A DNA stretch of 64,000 nucleotides from positions 13,942,861-14,006,860 of the forward strand of contig OZ316892.1 of the NCBI GenBank assembly GCA_973895155.1, written 5' to 3'. Made by a program: the position numbers and the translations under genes. Each line of letters starts with the position of its first letter. Within the stretch, counting starts at the first letter, position 1. A model generated the notes under the pieces. That model did no database searches. It was given only the letters and a program-made list of their open reading frames with translations, and was not told the DNA's origin. This DNA is from Marsupella aquatica. Lineage: Eukaryota > Plantae > Marchantiophyta. Positions 1-11,438 of this stretch are shown one piece after another.

Positions 1-3000
1 CAAACACAGTGCATACAACAGTGATGTCCAAGCGTCGACAGACAAAGGAAGACATTGACTAACAAGGCCTCGGTCGTGCAATACGGCCACTCAATTCTGA
101 TTTAAGCCACCGTGCAGGGACTTGTGACCTGGAATCCTGGATAAATTTGATCCTGCTTGCACTTTACCTCAAAAGCTTGTGACGTTCATTTAAGGCTCAT
201 CTAAACAAATCAATAAAAACCTCAGAACTGTACACTACTTCTTTCTAGACAATCACTCCCATACCAACTAGCTATGAAGCTTTCAAGCTCACCAGCAACA
301 TGAGTCGCAAGAAGTCCTGTATCATTGACACTTTCTTAGGAGACAACAGTCGATTTTGAGCTCCCAAATCTTTCGGCATGGTAACCATGTCGACTAGCTG
401 CGCAGATAAATACAACAAAAGCAAGCGTTACCAAAACATGTTGAATTAAGAATTCGAAGTCCATCAAGTTGCTTCCCTACCAATCAATTTATTAGAATAG
501 CCTCACGTTTAACCTCTAAATCAAAACCATTATGATTTCATATCTAGAACCCTCCTAGTGCTGTCATGCACTGTTCTACACTCTCCCTTCTCAAGCTCCT
601 TCATTTACCCAGCTTAGACTACCCATGCTCATATTCAAGCTCCAAGTAAACCTGAAATACTTTTAATATGTGAAAACCTACATCAAATCGTTTTGCTATA
701 GTCAACACCACTGACTCCTCCATGTTTTCCCGAGCAACAGAACAAATTTGCAGCATGAAGATGTCCATGTCCATCGATCTGCACCAACACGAGCTCAATT
801 CCGGTCATTACAAAGCAACTACTGACACACAGGAAATCTTCTCACGAACCCGTTAGAGCCGTTAATCACCAATTGAAATCTGTCTTAATGTCGCTTGGAA
901 GGCATTTCATAGATCCCACAAGTACGTTCTTAGGGACCGATCCACCCACATAATATTTCGCTAGTTATCTCAGCTGGCAGAGAACCTTCCTCTAGATAGA
1001 TCCTGCTACGATACCTTAGGAGGATCATAGGTGTCAGGTTACAGAAATTCAAAACCGAACAGGACGATCACTTACTGTGCGTGCCAAATGCTACCACGAT
1101 AGATGATATCCAACCGAGTAAAATCCTCTGAGCTGTTTCGCCACATTTGAGCACGAATCTGATAGATACCAGATGACGGCAAAGATCAGGATCATCACCG
1201 ACATTGTCGCCCATATAAATGTAAATGCTTCGATACCAAGGACCCTTGCATCAGGTAGCTGACAAACACAATCTACCACACTAGCAATTGACTCCAGACC
1301 TGTGCCATCCAAACCGTGACTCTCAGTGGATGATCCATCAAAGCGAGAACCTGTATAAAACACGCATGGGAGTCAGGCTCGAGAAATGTTTTGGTCTCAA
1401 CACTTCAGAACGCTAGCAAAGGAAGCGTGCTCACAACGTAGATTTATAGGGAAAGACCTTCAAGATATGCTCGATTCTCTCTGCTAACACGCCTCCTGAA
1501 AGAATTGACAGACTCAATGAAATATAATTTTTTATCAGAAGGTATTATAGGAACCCTTCCATCATAAGTTATTGCTTTATCTGACCTCATTCTCTTCGAA
1601 AGGCGGTTGTAAGTTTGAAAGGAAACCATCCCTTGACTCTTCCCATGGCATCAACACAAGCTTACTTATGATTGCACAGAGGGTCCGATGAAGAGGAATG
1701 TGGAGTGATACCGTATCTTGGGAGCCTTGTGAAAACTTCACCTATATCATATGCCAACAATCTGATACATTAAGTCCACTGACACTAGGTACATACAATT
1801 AAGATAGGCAATATTTTACACTGTTTTAATTGCGTGTCTTAGAACCCGCCTATTGTTGCAGCATTGGAAAGCTAGCCATTGTTAGCTCCTTCCAACAAAG
1901 GGCTAATCTAGCATACGATACAGCAGAGAAATCTCATCTTAAGAAAATCTTGAAGCCTAAAACTTGGATGAACCATTTTGGCCTGCTGGTCCCCCCATCC
2001 GTGGCGTTCACGCGGAATAAATGTAAAATTTCAAACAAAAACAAACAAACAAACAAAAACTTGGATGAACCATAATATAAGAGACACCTAGAAAAGACTG
2101 GAACCTGAAAGGACCTAGTTATCAGCAACCCGCTTGGTACTCCTTCTGCTGGCTTCCAATCCTAGACCTTTGTCAGCACATTTTGAATCCTTAAACGCTC
2201 CATTTCTTGAGCAGCAAAAGAGAATGTGGAACAGTCTTACCGCCTGTAAACCTCATTATTCATTCAAACTCAATTTCCTTCACTCGTTAAGTAATCAAAC
2301 TGGGAAGATCGTAAAACCACCAACAAGACAGATCATGCACCTTTGTCAAGAACTCCCGCAAGGATGCCATGGTTAGACAAGCAGCAGAAACGAGAGCACT
2401 CTTGGAAACATCCCCACTTGCTGCATAGGCTGAAAAGCACTGGCCTATGAGCCCAAAAGCAATTGTCATCGTACTGAGCTGCAGGGAAGATAAATCCAGC
2501 AATTAGCACGGAATAAAACAGAAACGATTCACAAGTATAGAAAGGAAGGGCTTCAGAACATCGCATTATCCAGCCGAAGTACTTCAACAGCAGTATGACA
2601 AGAGGGATTGATCTTATAAAGGTCAGTCTGTACAATCTTCCATCTTTACAACATCAACTGGCCAGATCCAATGAACTTGCCAGGGATCACTGATTTTCTA
2701 ACTTAACTGTAGATAAAGTGAACCAACCTCAAGAGTAATAGCGTGGGACCAGGACACCTGCTCATCGACGTCAACGGCCTCGCATTGAGTGTAGGGATCC
2801 ATCCACTGTAAGATGCACATCAGCTTGTCAACGAACTTATGCGCTCTTCGCCAGTTTGAGTAAAAACACTGACTAAACTCCGGACAGTAGACATCAAGAA
2901 TGATCCTAACAAAACTTAGAACGCTTTAAGTCCATGGTGGCTGTGGACATGGAACCGAACGTTAAATCGCAGTTTAAGAATTGGAAGATACATAGCTTAT

Positions 3001-6000
3001 GTCCAGTGTCGTGCTCGCAATGTTTTTACGGATAGTTAATGACAAAAATCCCCAAAATGCACGACATGCAAGGAAACCTTTTCCTACTGATATAGCAGTT
3101 CAAGCACGTGCAGGATAATAGCTCCAGACCTGGAGCATTGACCCAATGGAAAGGATGCTCTTGAATACGTCTGGCCTCTCTTTCAGCACATGAAGAGAGA
3201 CAGCTTCATGCGCAAGAATCAGCTTCAAGTCTCCTTGAGGCCGATTGTAAACCTGCCAACCAACCCGTGCCCCAGCAAAGCAAACACTCCATCAAACTAA
3301 TACATGTGTAGCCTAGGAATAGCTACCTAAGTGTACCAATACTTAGTTGAGCCATGCATGTTGGAAGACTAGATGTATCTCCACACCCTGACCTTCACTC
3401 CTCATCACAAACTCCCCAAATACATTATGTATGCGCATAACTTTCCATTTAGATTCCACGAGCTTGAGGACAATGCACAGAATTGAGTTCTTGCAAGCTG
3501 AAAAGGGTAGACAATTCCTAGAAATAGTGCACCAACCTTCTGTATAATAGCCGGATGGTTCACATTGACAGTGCCAGTATCTCTGAAGACAGGTTTGAAA
3601 CGACATTGAACATTAGAAGCGTCCCACCTGCCCAGCATAAATACACAGCTCTGCTCTTTTTCTCCTTTCTTAGTCAGGGACTTACTGATTGATGCAGTGA
3701 CGAATAACGGAGTCCAATACAGATACAACGACTTCCAGCAGATGATCCGTCTGAATGAGGTTCAGTGTCGTCTCTGGTACATTAAAAAGTTGCACCATGA
3801 CTGCAGCAGAGAAACCAAGTTGATGCCCTTCCAAATTAGCAAGGTCATTGCCATATATCGCTCAAAAACCAAATATTAAGTGAAGAAAAAATTGGGTAGA
3901 ATTGTGGGACACGAAACTAAAAAATTTAAACACAAATCAATGAAACCGAAACTCAACGCCAGACCTCGGTCCAAACTCTGATGAATGGTTTTGAAATCTG
4001 GCAGGAAACCAGGTATCACCACAGCAGGTAAGATCATCGATCCATAATGCCTCATCAAAGCTCTTGAAAAACTGTCTTTGAACTGTGGGTCGTAAAGCAT
4101 TTGCAAAAACAAGGTTGTCTCCTGAAGAGGTATTGACCACACAACATAAAACATCAAACTTCTGAAAACTCCATCACATTCTAGCCCCACAAACTAGAGA
4201 TCTGAGACGCAGTCCAGAGACGGTTTCTGCAAGAGCCCATATCGCCCTTCAATAGGCAGGTCCTAGACAGTCCACAGGTCGAGAGTGTCTGACGAGCTAT
4301 ATCAGTAATATCAGTTTACAATATGACCAAAATCCAACTCAAATGGAAGAGGGGATTGAGCCTATGATTGAGAGTTATGCGGATGTCATGTTCCTTCTAG
4401 CTCAACTGTGGCAAAGCTGAAAGACAAGAGGGCATTCCGCTGCGAGAGACGGGAGAAGTGCTACACATCACTAAGTATGCTTAATTGCAGAGTGCCAATT
4501 AGCAAGAACCAGAAACTAGCTAAGGGCAACCAAGGCCTCGAAAGAGTTCTCAGCATTTGTATTGTCGTGAGACGACTTTCAGTCTTGGTCTGAGAGTGCA
4601 TACAGTTGACTACTCTTAGCAGGATATGATCCAGTTTACCCCGAGCTGATCTCCAAATATGTCAAGATCCAAATAGCTTCATTCTCTTCAGATGGGTAAG
4701 ATTTCAAAACTAAGGATAACTTACAGCCTCCATTAGAGCCTCGGGCATTCTTGCATATGTAGAAAGTAACATGTCCAAGAAACACGTCTGTACACAGATA
4801 AAAAGATAAATTATTCAGAGCATGATCAAGCTATGCAATGCATTCCCCTATTGAGAACATCGCTTCGTCATAAGAAAATGAAGACTTCCAGACCATAGTC
4901 TCCAAATGTAGAGCACGTCACGTGTTTGTTATGCTAATTTTGGATATAGACCCTAAATACCACAAACAATCAACCTTGCTCCGAACATCCTCTACAGACT
5001 GTTAAGGATAGAGACAGCACATATTAAGTCATTGCAAAATGGCTAGCTCATTTTTGTAACAACATTAAACAGAAAACAACAAAATATAATATCCAAGTGC
5101 CTTAGCCTTTGTTGTAGATTGCCACAGGCGTTACCACACCCAAGATGGACACTAAGGACAAATGGAGCCAGCAGCAAGATGAGTCCAAAGGTTGTTCTTG
5201 TGGTGCAAATTTATCCCATGTAGTATTAGTGCGAGCATTACTGCAGACCTACTAATTTAACTTTGCAAGGGACAGGTTACAGAATATTATACCGAAGTAG
5301 ATCCACCTGTTCGAATGCGGAGTATCTCTTCACAGAGAATAGCACGAAAAGCAGTGACTGAGCAGACCTATAACACATGGGCCAATCCAACCTGCCATTA
5401 TGAGAGACACCAAACTTCCCAAAGGTTGCTTTACTCTCCAGCTTCCTAAAATATGTACTAGACAGCTGACAGAAGATGACCAGCATTGCCCTTATGACTG
5501 CAAATTCCATTCCTTAGCTACAACTGAAACAGACGTTAGTATCTATACAGAGAAGCACAATTATCTTTCCAATTTCTATGCACTTCAGGTTGGAAACCTA
5601 AAAGCGAGTCCATGATGCATCTAGTTACGGTCGACTTACTGTAACTAATAGCTAGTCTCTTATTTCTTCTGATGATTTAGACTTTCTGGCCATTTCGGAC
5701 TCTCGATGGTTTTTATACATTCCTTGGCCCATGACCCGATACAGTCCCGCAGACAACACATATTCACTCATCCTCTTAAATCCGAAACCTTGAGGTCAGT
5801 CAAGTAGACACCTCCTGTACTACAGATCAGCGACCCTGATTGGCTCTATGGATCGTGTCCTCCATAAATCTTGCATAACAAAAATAAGAAAACAAAAAGA
5901 CCCAGAAAACGAATCAACAAAACATAAGAAAGGAAAGTCATTCCCCTCGAGACGTACCTTATGTAACCAACGTCCATACGTATGAGCCATTTGGACTTCA

Positions 6001-9000
6001 AGAGAGTAACTTAAAGGAACCCTTTGTGACTTTCTGGCTTCCGCTATTATTTCCATCCAGAGAGACAGCTCTCTCAAGATAAACTTAACTGCAACTTGCA
6101 GGATCACATCATCAGTACCTCACATGTGAAGCGAACCTAGCAGACCCAACCTAGAGCGAAAGGAGCCAGAAAATTGAAACCCAGCTCACACAGTGGATGA
6201 GTGACACCTGCTTGAGATGTGACCTCCCTCAAATGTGAAGGTATAATGGCCTCGTTCTTTGGTCGCTGACTGCTGTGGTTGTTACAAAATCTGACATAGA
6301 AAGAAGCGACAGATGATGAAAACAGACACGCCATCAGTTTTAAATAGGGAAGTAGAAAAATAACGAAATCAATTTGGGAGGGATGCATTTATCCAGATTC
6401 ATTAGGGGGGCATTGACAACACAGTGTTCTGAATTGCAATGGATGTTTAAAATGAACTGTAAAGCAACATAGGCGATAGGAACACACCCTTCTACTTTCC
6501 AAGCTGCAGGGTCCCCACAGTCACAACATCCTCCTGAATCACTATGGTACATAACTGCATTCAAACATTTCCACAGTCAACAAAAGACTGCCAAGCTATC
6601 ATCGAGTATAAGTAAACATATCCGCTTCCCATTTGTAACAAGACAGCCGTCACCATGAAATTTTAACCTGCTTGATACTGTCAGTGACTAATTCTTAGCT
6701 CGCAATAATGAATCTTATGCTCCTGACTTTCACTTATGTTACCCTATATGCTGAATGATTATACAGTTCTTCTCTCCTCGGGCCAGACATAAGAGAGAAA
6801 CTAAAGAGGAGCTGTGACCTAGTAAGGTTGGGTTAGAGCTGAATGATTGTTTCCTCAGCATCTCACACATGAATTAATTGAATTCAAATCACTTTGAGAG
6901 AAATGATATCAAGTCTGTCAAGGTCAATGAGCTTTCTATGCCAAGATATCGGATCTGCCGGAACAAAGCATGCAAATGGATGCTTAGAAACAAATGACAG
7001 CCAAGTAATGGATAATGGTCAATCAAAAATTATCCATGCAGACTCTGACTTGCTCTCGTCGTGTGGTGATTTGACAAATGAATCTTCAAAGATCCGCCTA
7101 ATATACATGAAGCATCCACAGGGTTCAGATGCGAACTCCAAATACAGACCTAAGTTGGAAGGTTCTAATCGTGGGTCGATCCAAAACAGTACGGTTGCAG
7201 TAGCTTATCAGGCCAAGCTGACTGGAGACATCAACCCCAGCGTTCGAAAGTAATCACATACCCTCTGCTGATGGATACGGATTGAGAGCAGGCTCAGACG
7301 CCAAAGCCAGCTCGAAGGTACCACTTACTGGAAATTCGATAAAAGGTACGGTGAACTGCTGGAATCCGAATGGTTTACGCACGCACACACATAAATCAAC
7401 AAGGAAACCGTCGCCCACAGTGCTTCCAGTCATAATGTGCTACAGAGGATTTCACGGACAAATTTTCTTCTCATTTTTCATATCTGGTTTACATCGGGCA
7501 GACCTGCGACTTTGTATTTCATATCAAGGGCTAGAATCTTGAATCAGTTCAAACCATTCAATGTTCGTGGCATAATTTGGTCCCAGTGCACGTACTTCTT
7601 CTTGTTTTCATTCAACTGTTTTTTCACAATGACAGGAGTGGCTTTACTGCCGCCTTGTCTCCTTGCAACTTCCGGGGATCCCTGGACTTAAAAAATGATT
7701 CACTCAGATTATTTCAAAGCATTCAAAAAGGGGTGTAATCATGTACCAAAATCATGGTGTCGATGGTCTCCAGCCTGAAAACAGCTTACACAAATGGCAC
7801 TGCATCCAACAAAACGAAGGTTCTTGTTATTATAAGCGTGAAGTCAGCAATTCCTTTGATGCCGCAAATCATTTCAGGAGAAAGGCAACCCTTCCGGTTA
7901 GTGTCAATCATAGTGAGCATGAGGGCACAGGACACGCTATCTATGAATGCCGTTAAGTAACCCCTTTGGCCTATCTGGCTAGACCTATCCCAGCAGACTC
8001 GTAGCAAAGCTAAGCAAAACATGGCAGGAGTTTCTGCCAAATATTACCTCCACCAAAAACACTCCAAAAGATAAAACATTAGCACCTCACTGTCCTTTGA
8101 TGTCGGACTTTGACCCTGGGAAGAATTAGGACACGCTACAGGAAAGGAGCCTCGAATAAATTGCTCTCTTCGTCCTCATGAACCAGCAGCCAATTTTGGC
8201 ATAGATCCGCAACAAAGACTTCTGGCATGGGGATCAAATGATGACGAAGGGAAAAGAAATGCCTGGATTCTTCTTTCCAAAGAACTCTTGAATGGAGATT
8301 TCCCCACGACAATGCATCTTATCTTCATCCCATCTTCAAGAAAGCAACGAAAGACCTTTCCTCTCCAAAATAAAGGGAAAAGGAAAGGCCCCTCAAGACC
8401 AGGATCTATCTTACGATACTCAGCAAGAAATTGAATGAACTGCCACAGGAGGACGACGTCAAAGGTCTGAGAAGAGTAAGTCACAATGGACCACTTCACA
8501 ACAGATCGGTCTAGCAGAGCAACCACTCGAGGCGGATTCTTCAATTTACTTCTTTAATGACTTCAGAAACGTCTTGAGCCGAGGAAAAATTGTCCGGAGA
8601 TACGAGTCCCACAAGAGCTACAGATTGTAATTAAGGTTTCGTACCAAGCCGCGCTAGGACTGTTTGCACTAAGTAAGGGATGTCGTTCTTGGGGAAATCT
8701 CAACCACAAGGAAAATATCCTCGGGACCCTCATTTGAGAGTCAACAGCTACCCCTGTTTCAAAAGCCTTCTATATGCGAACAATATTGGGCATGATGCTT
8801 TACTTCAGACAAGCGCGAGGGTTTAAGAGCTCAGAGAATCTACGTCCGGTGCACACCCAATTCAAAAACACTTGGCAAAAGTTTTGAATAATTGGAGTAA
8901 ATAAATGATCGAATTAACAGTCCATCGATCCCACATTAGAAGTGGAACAGAGTGTACGAAAGAAGCAGTTCCCCACAAAAGTGGAGGGTTGCCACTCCGT

Positions 9001-10159
9001 TGGTTAGAGTCTTAAGATACGAACGGTGACAGATCGAACCTGATGCTCCAGCCGTGTTTACTCACCAGACTGGTTTCAGGAACGTCAGCTTTATGGTTTG
9101 AAGCCACATCCCTGGTCTCTAGACTTCAAGTCAAATGCTATAGCAGACGTCCAACAAGTCATAGCACACGGCTATATCTACTGGAAATAGGGGGGAAGGA
9201 GACTACTGTAATGAAACTTAGGCATTGCAATTTGGAGGTATCGGAACTGTAAACAGACTCGACGAAAACATGTAAAAAGCATTCATCTGAAAGGCAGTGG
9301 TGAGGCTAATTATTAGTCAATTGCTCTTGAGATGATAGTTCTCCCTCGAAAGTGCGAATGGAAGGGCCTCGAGTATGGACAATGCCACTACCAGAAGTGA
9401 CGTCCTTAGCAAAATCGCATCCATTCGAACCAAGGTCTTGAAGCTACGGTAGCGACCAGATGGTGTGTACGAAGTCTTGCAATTTCCATGCAACAGGAAG
9501 ACGGGGAGCCTCCTGCCCGTGCACGCTTCTGTCGTAAAGAGGATTTAAGAGAAAGCTTCGAACAAGAGCACATAAAAGCATTGTCAATCTAACTAGTAGT
9601 TCAGCCAACGTGCCACCGCTAGCAACCGCTCCAATTATGGAAAAAAAATCGAAGCAAAAGTTACGGCTTGAAAAAAATCCGTAGTCGCAAAACTCTGTCC
9701 TCCCAAAACTCTTCACAGCTGCAAATAAGAAGGGAGGAGCTAAAGGGATGCTTTCAGATGGGACAAATAAGCGAGTGCAAATATAATTTACTGAATGCCA
9801 AGGGAATGTGCGTTCTCGAACAAACTCGCTCTGACGAGGAAACATATTTCGGAAAAAGCTACCGCAGTGGAGCCATCGACAACGAAATTTCCAAAAGGCC
9901 AAAAATTAGGCCGGAAGATTTGACAATTGTCCTCAAATCCGAGTTTTGACTTGCGTCCCTACCTGGAATCGTTTACTTGACAAGTACAGCATCGGTACGC
10001 GACCGTAGTTTTGGTCCAAACTGTGGTGCACTGAGCCTGGCCGTTGCATTGAAGTTGCTCTAAGTACGCATCAAAGAACTCTCCTCCGCTAATTCGGAGC
10101 TCTATCTCCGCCAGCCCTCGCTGCGCCGCCTCTAACGTGTGCCACATGACCTGCTCCAT
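1..10159 (-). CDS. UBR-box (N-degron pathway) E3 ubiquitin ligase, UBR1/PRT6 superfamily; multi-exon, 3' part runs off the window start
   Basis: Frame-consistent GT-AG exons: 10159-9963, 7799-7747, 6554-6488, 6290-6208, 6088-5958, 5367-5293, 4787-4725, 4121-3965, 3800-3686, 3582-3537, 3252-3130, 2805-2728, then less certain exons near 2470-2330, 1350-1095, 780-700 and 400-290. They reconstruct the UBR box CTTVWTKTTVAYRCCTCQVNDSSAICVSCFQAGDHRHHDFVMYHSDSGGCCDCGDPAAWKVEGFCNNH and UBR1/PRT6-like downstream motifs VMVQLFNVP, LQWMDPY...WSHAITLE and DMDIFMLQ. Confidence 0.9.
8150..9450 (-). mobile_element. Highly decayed non-LTR (LINE-like) RT remnant inside intron 1 of the UBR gene
   Basis: Broken minus-strand translations resemble LINE ORF2 motifs: HHCLSDECFL (~9300, like HLLFADD) and LLWGTASFVHSVPLLMWDRW (~8980-8920, like FLWG...PLVAWD), followed by W/F-rich segments. 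There are many stops and the boundaries are approximate. Confidence 0.4.
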
Positions 10160-10231
10160 CCTCCTCCCCTTCTTGACACGGTGGTAGTAAAGGCAAAAAC
10201 CTCCTCTTTCAAACGTTCGTCCCTCCCGCCC

Positions 10232-10233
<2 letters not shown>

Positions 10234-10262
<29 letters not shown>
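10234..10262. repeat. (CA)n microsatellite in the 5' leader of the UBR gene
   Basis: cacacaca... run about 75-100 bp upstream of the ATG at 10159. Confidence 0.9.
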
Positions 10263-10265
<3 letters not shown>

Positions 10266-11268
10266 AACCTCCCCGACAACGTCAGGCAATCAACGAACAA
10301 ACCAATCCATCGCACAATCCCACAGCGCGAACAGGCCCCCAATTCCTTTCTCCAATTCTCTGAGCCTTCCCTCGTCCTCCGTCCCAGCCATCGAGGATCA
10401 ATCTGTCCACGCGTAACCCGAACGAAATATACAGAATAAACATCTGCTGCCGCACCAGAGCGATCCTAAAGATGCGCTCCCCCCTCTCCCCCCTCTCCCT
10501 CCTTTCTCTCTCTCGGGCCGTGGTCGGTCGTCTTATCTGATCTCCACTGCAAACTGGACACGGCGAAAGAGTAATAAAAAATGCCCTCGCCTGCTCCTCC
10601 TCCTGCCGCCGAAGTCCCGGGTTTCTCTTGCACTACCAGTTGCCACCGTCCACTTCCTCTTTGAATCACACACCACACTGCTCCTCCGGACTCCGGTCCT
10701 CCCCTCAGACCGACCACCTCCGTTCCGCGCTGCCCTGCGCTGCCCCTGTCCCTGCTCTGCCCTGCCCTGCCCTGCTGTAGTGTAGTAGTGTAGTAGTGTC
10801 GTAGTAGTGTAGTATCGTCGAGGTCCAGCGGGCAGCGGTGCTATTGAGACACCCAGATTCAGCGACAGGTCAGACGGATCGTACCCGAGCTTTTGTCGCG
10901 GAAGACTAGACCACGGTGCTACATGGATCGGGATCCTAGGGACTGTTATTGGGCTCGCTGCCATAATTAATTAATTAATCATTGAACGTTTCGTTTTAGA
11001 TGGTGGACCTATTAGGGGGTCGCCAGATGGGATCCATTTTGCGCTACGGCGGGCGAGTGCCAGCACATATTTTTAGGGGGTCTCCAATTGGGCATCTCGA
11101 CGCTTCATGTCCGTGGAAAAAACACTTGTCTTGAAAGTACAGGGTTTTGGTATGTGATTATGAGTATGAGTGGGGGGACAAGCATTTTGTGTGTGTCACT
11201 TTTTTTCTGGGAAAAACTCCCTTTTGACCGCAGCTGGAGACTAATCAAAGAAGATTGAGAAGCCCGAT

Positions 11269-11438
11269 TAGGGCGTCTCAATCCTTGGAGTTGTGGAGAA
11301 AAAACAAGGCCCAGAACTAGCAGTTTTGGCCACAGTTCAGCAGTGTGCAGACACGGATTTTTGTGTCTGCCACTTTTTTCCCCGAATTTCGTCTTTGACC
11401 GCAACCGGAAACAACAAGGCGAAGGTTGAGACGCCCTA
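11269..11438. mobile_element. MITE, ~170 bp, TIR TAGGGCGTCTCAA family
   Basis: Perfect 13-bp terminal inverted repeat: tagggcgtctcaa (11269-11281) and ttgagacgcccta (11426-11438). A more degenerate tandem copy lies at ~11064-11268. Confidence 0.75.

Noticed and set aside
4975-4991. Possible 17-nt micro-exon (EDVRSK) in the UBR gene
   Set aside because: Not needed. Using the donor after 5293 joins 5367-5293 to 4787-4725 in frame.
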